This document shows positions 17,118 through 25,001 of a stretch of 64,000 nucleotides of DNA, piece after piece. The notes beneath the pieces were generated by a model. That model searched no databases, had not been told where the DNA came from, and saw only the letters and a program-made list of their open reading frames with translations. This DNA is from Puniceicoccaceae bacterium (lineage in GTDB: Bacteria > Verrucomicrobiota > Verrucomicrobiia > Opitutales > JAFGAQ01): NCBI GenBank assembly GCA_040224245.1, contig JBEGIR010000017.1:3611-67610 (forward strand), read 5' to 3'. How positions within the stretch are numbered: position 1 is the first letter of the stretch; every line of letters begins with the position of its first letter. Both the position numbers and the translations under genes were made by a program.

Positions 17118-17149
17118 GTAATAAGTGCGCACGCGTGCGCACTTATTAC
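17118..17149. repeat. Palindrome GTAATAAGTGCGCAC-GC-GTGCGCACTTATTAC (copy 2)
   Basis: 15-bp perfect arms with a 2-nt spacer. It has the same core as copy 1 and lies on the other side of the tRNA-Gly half. Confidence 0.8.
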
Positions 17150-17315
17150 GGAAAATTTTTCAGTGTCCCAATCACATAAACATTCCAATTTCTTCAATTG
17201 ATTCAGCATCCTATGTGTTCATTTGCGATATTTCAAGAGCATCAACTGTCGGTCATAATATCTTAACTATTTAGCCCTATAGTTGTAATTATACGGTAGA
17301 TTTTGGACTGGGTAG

Positions 17316-17407
17316 CAAGATGTGTTTTTGTATTACAAAAACCATCTTGGCAAGGGGGAGAGCATCTCCCCCGTTACAATCCCCCTCTTTCGGTGCGAAT
17401 TCGCACC
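17316..17407. promoter_or_regulatory. Candidate oriT (three consecutive inverted repeats upstream of mobC-relaxase)
   Basis: IR1 17316-17349: CAAGATG(T)GTTTTTGTA / TACAAAAACCATCTTG. IR2 17354-17372: GGGGGAGA-GCA-TCTCCCCC. IR3 17392-17407: perfect palindrome GGTGCGAATTCGCACC. The nic site is not identified. Confidence 0.45.
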
Positions 17408-17463
17408 TAAATAGCCCGCATGTCGGTTTTTCCGGCTGTGGGTAGCGTAGTCTAGGGTGAGCA

Positions 17464-17805
17464 ATGGGACGACCACGCATACAGGAAACACAGCGAAAAA
17501 CGCAGCAGATCATATTCAGGGTTACACCGTCTGAATTCGATGATCTTGCTGCTACCGCCAAGCGAGCTGGGCTAAGTGTTCACACACTTGCCCGTCACTC
17601 AACCCTGTCCAAAGGAAAGCGTCTCGTTATCCAGCGCTCCCAAGCTTGTGATCCGGCATTGCTCAAACGCCTTGAGCGTATAGGCAATAACCTCAATCAG
17701 CTTGTTCGCCGTTTTCATCAAAACGGCAGGCTAGGGAAAATGCTCCAGCCGCTCTGTGATGAAATCGCTCATATCGTCTACAGCGACATTCGAAAGGACG
17801 AGTGA
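17464..17805 (+). CDS. mobC: Relaxosome accessory protein MobC
   Basis: IFRVTPSEFDDLAATAKRAGLSV (RHH-like) and LERIGNNLNQLVRRFHQNG (MobC family signature). Confidence 0.8.
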   Translation: MGRPRIQETQRKTQQIIFRVTPSEFDDLAATAKRAGLSVHTLARHSTLSKGKRLVIQRSQACDPALLKRLERIGNNLNQLVRRFHQNGRLGKMLQPLCDEIAHIVYSDIRKDE

Positions 17806-17808
17806 GCC

Positions 17809-18999
17809 ATGAATCCATGCGTCACAACGGGGGGAAGGTCTTTTCACGGCAGCTATCTTTATTACATGCACGATAAAGACAGTGAAAGCCGTGACCGTGT
17901 TGCATGGACTCATACAGTAAACATGCTCACTCGTGATCCTGATCTTGCATGGAAGGTCATGGCCTATACCGCAAAATCGCAGGATCGTTTGAAAGAGGCT
18001 TCCGGTCAGGTTTCCACCGGACGCAAATGCGAAAAGCCGGTTATGGCTTATTCGCTGTCATGGCATCCAGAGCAAGACCCCGATAAGGATCACATGCTGG
18101 AAACGGCATTGGATTCTCTGAAAGTGTTGGGACTGTCAGAGCACGAATGTATGATCGTGGCGCACAGGGATACCCCTCACCGGCACGTGCATGTGATCGT
18201 GAACCGAATTCACCCGATTACAGGATTGGTTGCCAGCAACTCTCACAGTTACCGCAAGCTTTCTAGTTTTGCTTTGGAATATGCACGAGAGCACGGCCTT
18301 GAATACAGTCCACAGCGTGAGGAGAACGCGAAAAAGCGGGAGAAAGGGCAGGAATCCAACTACAGGGACAACCGCATTCAGGAAGCTTGGGATAAATCCG
18401 ATAACGGACGCAGTCTCATTGCCGCTCTTGAAGCATCCGGCCTTACCCTTGCACATGGGAACAAGCGGCTTGTAGTGGTTGACCCAAAGGGCAAAACCAT
18501 CAATCCCGTCCGGCACATCGAGGGCATCCGATCAAAGAATTTCAGGGAACGGCTTTCTGATATTGATCTATCAGCCCTACCAACGGTCGATGAGGCTATC
18601 GATAGAAAACGCATTAAGCCGAAGAAGAAAGTCGCTTCAAGGTCGCAGCGGGAGGATCAGATCAAAAAGATCCGGCAAAAATACCGATTGCATGAGCAGG
18701 AAACTGCTATCTCGGAACTTAGGGCAGAAATCCAGAACGCCCCATGGTGGAAGAAGCTCATAGGTTTGACGCGAAATAAACGGGAGAGCCTGCGAGAATT
18801 GCAGGATGACTTCCTGAAGAGCAAATCCGATGCTGAAAGAGAAATGGCTGATCTGAAAAAGTTAAATGGGCAGGATCGCTCACATCGTGAAAATTTTCCA
18901 ACTACGCCAATTACACGAAGAAATCATAAATCGAAAAGAAGCCATAGTTATGACAGCGATAAGATGAAAGATTCCTCACCCCCGATTCTGGAACGATAA
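17809..18999 (+). CDS. Relaxase / mobilisation nuclease (MobA/VirD2 family)
   Basis: TGGRSFHGSYLYYMHDK, PVMAYSLSWHPEQ and the histidine triad AHRDTPHRHVHVIVNRI. Starts 4 nt after mobC. Confidence 0.85.
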   Translation: MNPCVTTGGRSFHGSYLYYMHDKDSESRDRVAWTHTVNMLTRDPDLAWKVMAYTAKSQDRLKEASGQVSTGRKCEKPVMAYSLSWHPEQDPDKDHMLETALDSLKVLGLSEHECMIVAHRDTPHRHVHVIVNRIHPITGLVASNSHSYRKLSSFALEYAREHGLEYSPQREENAKKREKGQESNYRDNRIQEAWDKSDNGRSLIAALEASGLTLAHGNKRLVVVDPKGKTINPVRHIEGIRSKNFRERLSDIDLSALPTVDEAIDRKRIKPKKKVASRSQREDQIKKIRQKYRLHEQETAISELRAEIQNAPWWKKLIGLTRNKRESLRELQDDFLKSKSDAEREMADLKKLNGQDRSHRENFPTTPITRRNHKSKRSHSYDSDKMKDSSPPILER

Positions 19000-19037
19000 C
19001 TCATGGAATGTCGCTCAAAATCCTGACTATTATTATA

Positions 19038-19286
19038 TCATAGAATGTCATCGTAAACGTACCTCAAAGCACTTGGGACATCGTCAATTGATATTCTTTC
19101 CCATCCATTTAAGGGCTCACCTTCAATCTCAACCATGCATTCTTTCGCAGCTTTTAAAGATGGTTGAACATAGTCATAATCGGTTCCATTTGAACGACAA
19201 AAAAACGCATAATATTCCCCATTCACGACAGGTTCTTGGATGATCAGATAGTATCTTTCAGAATCAACAATACCTTTTAATATCAC
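19038..19286 (-). CDS. Small hypothetical cytosolic protein, translationally coupled to the upstream gene (immunity-like position)
   Basis: 82 aa. The GTG start shares 1 nt with the upstream TAG stop (TAGTG). No signal peptide. Acidic. Confidence 0.45.
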   Translation of the reverse strand: MILKGIVDSERYYLIIQEPVVNGEYYAFFCRSNGTDYDYVQPSLKAAKECMVEIEGEPLNGWERISIDDVPSALRYVYDDIL

Positions 19287-20293
19287 TACTCATTTTCCTT
19301 AAAATATCTCCTATGTTCTCCAATATCTTTCAGATTACCAGTTGTCCTCCCCTCTTGAAAGTGAAAATGTGGTTTATCATTGTGAGAACGTTCAGGAGTC
19401 GCATCTAATCTAATCTGCTTGTCACCTTTTGATACTATTATACTTTTGGTCGTTCCGTTGACTTGCACTTTAGCTCCTGACTGGTCAATTTGTTGCATAA
19501 TTCCATCGACCTTATCTCTTCGAATTTTCTCCGCTTCACGTTGTTTTTGTTCGAGCGCATCAGCATCCTGCTTTCTTTTTTCAGTGAGTCTCTTTTGCTT
19601 CTCCTTCTGCACGATAAAATGCTTTTCCTCAGCCTCTTTTTTCTTTGTAAAGGCTGCCTCGTCAGCACGTTTTTGTTCTCGAAATCTCTTTTGCTCTGCC
19701 TGCTTCTTCTGGAATAATTCATTATCCTTGACCTTATTATCTAAGGCCTCTTCATTTAATTTTCTTTGATCATCAAATCTTTTTTGATTTTCCAAATCCA
19801 ATTGACGTTGTTGTTGAGTAGCAGCGTCTTGCTTCGCCTTACGTTCAGTAGCACCAATTTCAGATTTAGTTTTTTGGTCGAGATTGGGAGTTTTGGATTT
19901 TTTGATTTCGTCGACTCTGTTCGTTGCTTGAGCTACATCCGCCTGGGTAGAAACAGGAGGAGGTGGTGTTAGATTTTTGTTTTTTTTCAGTACATCCTGA
20001 GCAACCTGTTTCTGTCTTCCTATAGTTGGACTTCCATGTATTCGTGCTGTTTCTTCAGCATTTCGGGCAAGGTTTAATTCTATGCGTTGTCCGATACTCG
20101 ATCCCGACTTTGCTAAGTTGCTAGCGTTTTGACTAAAAACCTGTTTTACGGGTTTACTTGGAATGTCATCAGACTTTCTAACCGCGCTCTTGACAGCATC
20201 ATCTACAGCCCCAGCCGGAGTTGCATGGATTGACACCGGAAATGTTACCAGAAGGACAAAAACGACTCCTATGATTCCGATTTTCTCTTTCAT
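19286..20293 (-). CDS. Hypothetical secreted protein with long K/E/Q coiled coil and His-rich C-terminal module
   Basis: Signal-like N-terminus MKEKIGIIGVVFVLLVTFPVSIHA, a central charged repeat-like helix, and C-terminus ...ATPERSHNDKPHFHFQEGRTTGNLKDIGEHRRYF. Confidence 0.55.
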   Translation of the reverse strand: MKEKIGIIGVVFVLLVTFPVSIHATPAGAVDDAVKSAVRKSDDIPSKPVKQVFSQNASNLAKSGSSIGQRIELNLARNAEETARIHGSPTIGRQKQVAQDVLKKNKNLTPPPPVSTQADVAQATNRVDEIKKSKTPNLDQKTKSEIGATERKAKQDAATQQQRQLDLENQKRFDDQRKLNEEALDNKVKDNELFQKKQAEQKRFREQKRADEAAFTKKKEAEEKHFIVQKEKQKRLTEKRKQDADALEQKQREAEKIRRDKVDGIMQQIDQSGAKVQVNGTTKSIIVSKGDKQIRLDATPERSHNDKPHFHFQEGRTTGNLKDIGEHRRYFKENE

Positions 20294-20301
20294 ATTCTCC
20301 T

Positions 20302-22719
20302 TTACTTAAATTTAGTGGTTCGCCCAAGTTCTCCTGCAATTACTGCACCTCCTACCGCATACGGCAAAGTATCAATAACTTCATCAATCATTTGCTTGTT
20401 CGTCCTCACGGAAGACCCATCAGAAATAGTCCAGATGACATTCTCACTTACCTCCAGAAATATTCCTCCAAAACGCGACTTTGCAAACCTCGTCATTGAT
20501 TTCCCCCCAGCAACTTTTAACGCCCCACGAGGTAAATTTATGAAAAGCCCCCCAAATTCACCTGCTAAATAGGTGTTCGGATACCATTGCTGTCTCATTG
20601 CCTTCCATTGTTCCTCAATCCATAACTGTTCTTCATAATCAGGGATAGGAATTTCGTGTGGTTCGTAGTTACCAATTTTCGATGCTGCGAATTCAAAGAG
20701 ATTATAAGCAAATGGTAAGGCGACTTTTCCGATTGCTGTGATCTCAGGAGATCTACCCAAGAACGAAGCATCTCCAAGACTCCATAGAGGTGTCCAAAAT
20801 TGCGAAGGTCGGTCTCTTTTATATCTGTCATAGAACTCCTTAACAAACCAGTAGTTCGTATGACCCGACACCAATCGAGAACCTCTGGACACAGTAAATG
20901 GGATTGCCACTTTGATCCCGCCATATTCCATGTCTTGTGCATGCTCAATTAATAGGTATGACACATCATATTCATTAAAGATTGGATGACCATCAAAACT
21001 GAGCAAAACATCGCCCTCACTAAATGGAGATGGTTCTCCAGAAGATAGGTGTGTGGATGCATCTGTAATTTCTATTCCCAAATCCCAATAGCGATCATCT
21101 TTAGCAAATCTTAATCCAAGATCGTAGGGAAAAATTTGTAAATTGCCATAACGATCTTTCATGCTGATAACATGACTCAGGCTTGAAGAGAGCGAGATTG
21201 CGTCAAAACATGCCTTTTCCAAATCATCTTTTGATTTGTAGACTTCTTGAGGGTTTTCATTGTTACCAAAAGGCGATATGACAAATAGAAACTCATTCTG
21301 ATGATTCCGCGCGAAATCTACGTTTGACTTATGGAAGCCATAAATATCTTCATCATTTCCCCAATAGCCCAACTTCTCATTGAAACATCTTACACTTATT
21401 GGGCTGAAAACAGCACCGCCTTCCCAATATTGACGTTCGGTGTCATAATCGCTCAATCCATGAAATGTATTTACTTTTCTTTGTTCATAAACCGACGATC
21501 TTGCGGTCAAATAAAAGTCAGGATTTGAATTTTTAAACAGCCTTGTAACTTTCGCTGTTTTTCCTGCTTCAACTGACATGAAATTTGTAGTTACCCATTC
21601 ATCATCAGTCACAGGATATGAAACTGCATAATCAACTCTAAAGGGTGTTACATTAAAAACGGTCAGGGTTGCTTCTTGAACAAGTTCGGAGGATTTTTTC
21701 CTAACTAGGTTTTGCACTATATTTATGCCGCCGCTATCTATATCCGAATAACTCAGAGCCAATTCCGGAAATTTCTCATCATGAATGATATAGGTAAAAA
21801 CCCTACCTTCTTCAGTCCACCTAACGTGATTGAATCGATAAAACGGACTTTCATAGTTTTCTGGACTAGACAATGAAAGACCTGAATTAAAATCAGAACC
21901 CAAATTCAAATCCATCACCTTATTCGACACGATTGTGTCAACCTCACCCTCTCCCCATACATATTCAGCAAGGTTTCGGACGCTTGCACTGTCATATATG
22001 TCATGGATAGCCCTAAAGAGTTCATCGTCGTTCGGGTTAAAAGTAATCAGGGCATGAAAATCAGAGTAACTTTCAATTCTTCTTGAGATTGTTCGTTCTT
22101 GATTATCAGGATCGACTGACCACCAACCTTCCAATTTCCAATTAGTCGATGACTCTGATTCATTCGAATAGATTAACGAATATGAGCTTGCATAAGGAGC
22201 TGCGGAAACAACCCGCATGTGTACATTCTGCGCAATTCTTTCGCCACGTAATTTACAAATACTCAAGACACTCTCGATCTCTGACTCATCTGCGGTATCC
22301 CACTGAATTGCTTCTGTTTCTTTCACAAGGGAATCCAAAAAAACATACTGAAAATTCCCACTGTAGTTCGGGCTTTGTGAAATACTTCGTGAACTGGGAA
22401 AACTATTCAATGATTCATCTTTTCCCTTGGAGAATTCTGCCATCCATTTGGTAGAACCGATATCAAGATTAAGTTCAGGAATCCTAGGGCGCGCTTGAAT
22501 AGTGAATTTAGGTGAAGTCAGAAGGAACTTATTAGATTTGTAAATAAATTTCTCACCCGGAAGCAACAAGCCCTCTCCAACTAAAGATTCACGGAAATCG
22601 TATTCATCAACACTGAAACACTTGTATTCGATTGGAGCCAACGTGGCGTTTACTAAAGATATCTTAGGCTTCAGTAAAATTTGTCGGAAAATGAAAAACA
22701 AACCGACAGCCACATACAT
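20302..22719 (-). CDS. Large hypothetical membrane-anchored protein with a possible PDZ-like segment
   Basis: I use the ATG at 22719 (MYVAVGLFFIFRQILL, an N-terminal TM helix); the track start at 22833 is a TTG. The segment SEGDVLLSFDGHPIFNEYDVSYLLIEH resembles a PDZ core. The remaining ~800 aa are unrecognised. Confidence 0.55.
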   Translation of the reverse strand: MYVAVGLFFIFRQILLKPKISLVNATLAPIEYKCFSVDEYDFRESLVGEGLLLPGEKFIYKSNKFLLTSPKFTIQARPRIPELNLDIGSTKWMAEFSKGKDESLNSFPSSRSISQSPNYSGNFQYVFLDSLVKETEAIQWDTADESEIESVLSICKLRGERIAQNVHMRVVSAAPYASSYSLIYSNESESSTNWKLEGWWSVDPDNQERTISRRIESYSDFHALITFNPNDDELFRAIHDIYDSASVRNLAEYVWGEGEVDTIVSNKVMDLNLGSDFNSGLSLSSPENYESPFYRFNHVRWTEEGRVFTYIIHDEKFPELALSYSDIDSGGINIVQNLVRKKSSELVQEATLTVFNVTPFRVDYAVSYPVTDDEWVTTNFMSVEAGKTAKVTRLFKNSNPDFYLTARSSVYEQRKVNTFHGLSDYDTERQYWEGGAVFSPISVRCFNEKLGYWGNDEDIYGFHKSNVDFARNHQNEFLFVISPFGNNENPQEVYKSKDDLEKACFDAISLSSSLSHVISMKDRYGNLQIFPYDLGLRFAKDDRYWDLGIEITDASTHLSSGEPSPFSEGDVLLSFDGHPIFNEYDVSYLLIEHAQDMEYGGIKVAIPFTVSRGSRLVSGHTNYWFVKEFYDRYKRDRPSQFWTPLWSLGDASFLGRSPEITAIGKVALPFAYNLFEFAASKIGNYEPHEIPIPDYEEQLWIEEQWKAMRQQWYPNTYLAGEFGGLFINLPRGALKVAGGKSMTRFAKSRFGGIFLEVSENVIWTISDGSSVRTNKQMIDEVIDTLPYAVGGAVIAGELGRTTKFK

Positions 22720-22909
22720 AGCAAAAAAACAGCAATTATCCGTCTTGTTTTGGAGGAATAGACTTTCATTAGGCAAGAAACAGTTCAGATTTAGGAAGAC
22801 CCTTATTCTATCCGTACCATCACCAAAAATCAAGGATTATGAAAAACTTAACCTAATGCCGCATTCTGATTTGGTTAAGTTGTTTAGAATCAGGATTTAA
22901 TGTCTGAAT

Positions 22910-23101
22910 TCAGCGTTTTTTGCCTCTATTATCTTGCTTTACTCTTTGCTCTGCCTCTCGGGACAGAGTTTTTTCTCTTTGATGAATGAGCACAGTATTC
23001 AACCGATCCCTCACTTCTTTGTTCGGTTTCTTGTGGTATTGCTCGATGAGCTGATCGATCTCAGGATCGATGAAGTATTCCTTTGGCCGTTCTTCTTTCA
23101 T
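22910..23101 (-). CDS. Small highly charged hypothetical protein
   Basis: 63-aa ORF starting 6 nt downstream of the sigma-factor stop, on the same strand. Confidence 0.35.
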   Translation of the reverse strand: MKEERPKEYFIDPEIDQLIEQYHKKPNKEVRDRLNTVLIHQREKTLSREAEQRVKQDNRGKKR

Positions 23102-23106
23102 AAAAG

Positions 23107-23670
23107 TTACATTTGAGAGTTAAGGTATGCGGCAACCTTGCTCCTCGCAAGTTTGATCCAGTCTCCGACGGTTGAGGTGGCAATGCCGGTTTTCGCTTCG
23201 ATTTCCTTGTAGGAAAACCCGTATCTGGCATGGAGCCACAGGACTTGCTTTTGTCCGTCAGTGAGTTCAATCCCTGGGAACTCGCTCCAGAAACTGCGCT
23301 CGAACTCCTTTTCTTCCTCCTCACTGTGAGGTTCGGAGTTGTGCGCGGGTGAGACAGGAACTTCTGGCAATTCTTCATGAGTTGTCTCTTTGCGCCGTTT
23401 TTGAGAGCGGTAATAATCGATGGATTTCTGCCATGCTTTTCTCCGCAGGATCGGCAGACAGGTAATCTTGGATTCCTCGAACCTGTTGAGCACAAAGACC
23501 CAGACTTCCTGCATGATATCCTCAGCGCTCTGGTAATTCTTGCAGATATTGGCAACATAGCTCACGAGATAGACGTGATATTTATCAATCGCCTCATTGA
23601 CGAGCGAGAGCCGTCGCTCGAATTCCTGATCTGTTTCGCTTTGACCCATTATTATCTGAAGTTCACTCAA
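23107..23670 (-). CDS. Sigma-70 family (ECF-like) RNA polymerase sigma factor
   Basis: Region 2-like AEDIMQEVWVFVLNRF / LRRKAWQKSIDYYRSQ. Region 4 HTH LTDGQKQVLWLHARYGFSYKEIEAKTGIATSTVGDWIKLARSKV. Confidence 0.8.
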   Translation of the reverse strand: MSELQIIMGQSETDQEFERRLSLVNEAIDKYHVYLVSYVANICKNYQSAEDIMQEVWVFVLNRFEESKITCLPILRRKAWQKSIDYYRSQKRRKETTHEELPEVPVSPAHNSEPHSEEEEKEFERSFWSEFPGIELTDGQKQVLWLHARYGFSYKEIEAKTGIATSTVGDWIKLARSKVAAYLNSQM

Positions 23671-24299
23671 TTCGGGGTTCTTGCCAGTGTTCTCGGATCA
23701 AGATCAAATTCCTGATCCTGCCTGCTAAGGGCATTGGCGTAATTGCAGTTCTCAACGAGATGTTCGATGAGCCTTACATCAAAGACTTCTGCCAGAGTGA
23801 TGGAATGCTGGTCGTTTACTACAATCTGGAACTTTCTGGATTTGCGGTAAACCGGATAATACGCGCTTTCAAAGCCCTTCCATGCAAAGCTGAGGGCATA
23901 TTCCCTTGAAAAGCTCTGCTTGTTAAACCCCTTCCAGACCTCAACTTCATCTTCCCTGAACTTGATCTTGATGGACTGACCGAACAACCAGCGGGACATG
24001 CCAAAGCGCGTTGACACCTCAATGCCTGCAAGCGTGAGTGCAAAGATGATGTATCCGTAAACCCAATACGGATTGAGGTTTGGGAGGTAGAGATACAGCG
24101 ATCTTGAGTAGAAAATCTTGGTCAGGATATCAAAAACAATCAATGCGCCGCCGGCCTTGGCAAAAAACATGATCGGATCATAGATCAAGCGCTGGATTAC
24201 AATCATGCGGCGCGGGCTGAGCACACAGGCAGAAATCCTGTTGTTTTTGATCCGAGGCCAGGGATGAACGTATTGCGGCATTTTCTTGTTTTTCTTCAT
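23667..24299 (-). CDS. Hypothetical membrane protein
   Basis: 210 aa with two hydrophobic helices (PIMFFAKAGGALIVFDIL, YWVYGYIIFALTLAGI). 4-nt overlaps with both neighbours. Confidence 0.5.
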   Translation of the reverse strand: MKKNKKMPQYVHPWPRIKNNRISACVLSPRRMIVIQRLIYDPIMFFAKAGGALIVFDILTKIFYSRSLYLYLPNLNPYWVYGYIIFALTLAGIEVSTRFGMSRWLFGQSIKIKFREDEVEVWKGFNKQSFSREYALSFAWKGFESAYYPVYRKSRKFQIVVNDQHSITLAEVFDVRLIEHLVENCNYANALSRQDQEFDLDPRTLARTPN

Positions 24300-24763
24300 C
24301 CGAGAGATCGTCCCTGCCCGCCGCTTTTACGGCTTTGCTCGTGAAACCGCCCTTTGAGTGATAACTGCTCCTTGCGCTCCGCATTTTTGATGAAATACTG
24401 ACGCTCCTTTGCCTGAATGTCTTTCATGCGCTCAAGGCGCTGCCTCTCATCGTTAAGGACTATTTGCGTAGCGCTGCTTTTTGCCTCATGCTGCAAATCC
24501 GATTTTGTGCGCCTGCGATTGTCACGGCGCAATTGAGGCGCTGATTTTTTGATGAGCTCTTCCGCAGTAACCGTCCTGATCAAATCATCGCGGTTATCCG
24601 CCAGCTCCTGCCTGAATTCAGTAAATCTCTGCTTCTGCCCGCTCTTTAATTCGTGGTATTTCTGCTGGGTGTTTTCCGGCAAGCGGGCTATGCGGGCATC
24701 AAGGGCTTCTTCAGGCATGGCCTGAGCCTTTTCTTGAAACTTCTCTGAAATTGGCTCTTTCAT
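24296..24763 (-). CDS. Hypothetical charged protein
   Basis: 155-aa ORF in the operon. No motif was recognised. Confidence 0.45.
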   Translation of the reverse strand: MKEPISEKFQEKAQAMPEEALDARIARLPENTQQKYHELKSGQKQRFTEFRQELADNRDDLIRTVTAEELIKKSAPQLRRDNRRRTKSDLQHEAKSSATQIVLNDERQRLERMKDIQAKERQYFIKNAERKEQLSLKGRFHEQSRKSGGQGRSLG

Positions 24764-24765
24764 GA

Positions 24766-24999
24766 TTAAGGGTTGGAAGAAGGGAGGAACTGCTCAACAA
24801 TTTCCTTGGAATGATGCTTGGCCGCGTTCCATGCCAGACCGATATCAGGACTGGAGCCGGTCAGGATCATAATCAGGATCGATGCGATAATGATAAATCG
24901 CAGGATGTTTAAAATCGGCATCAACCAGAACAGATTTCTCTCTGAACTGTTGCCGCCAAGCCGATTGCTCAGCCTGTTTTCTGGATCGTAATAGTCCAT
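24766..24999 (-). CDS. Small hypothetical membrane protein
   Basis: ATG at 24999 (MDYYDPENRL), 2 nt after the T4CP stop. One TM helix, LFWLMPILNILRFIIIASILIMIL. Confidence 0.4.
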   Translation of the reverse strand: MDYYDPENRLSNRLGGNSSERNLFWLMPILNILRFIIIASILIMILTGSSPDIGLAWNAAKHHSKEIVEQFLPSSNP

Positions 25000-25001
25000 T
25001 T

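Noticed and set aside
16967-17209. 80-aa minus-strand ORF and the 17289-17561 ORF near the relaxase operon
   Set aside because: The first is simply the translation of the tRNA-Gly fragment and palindrome region. The second spans the oriT-like inverted repeats and overlaps the mobC start. Neither has a plausible start context.
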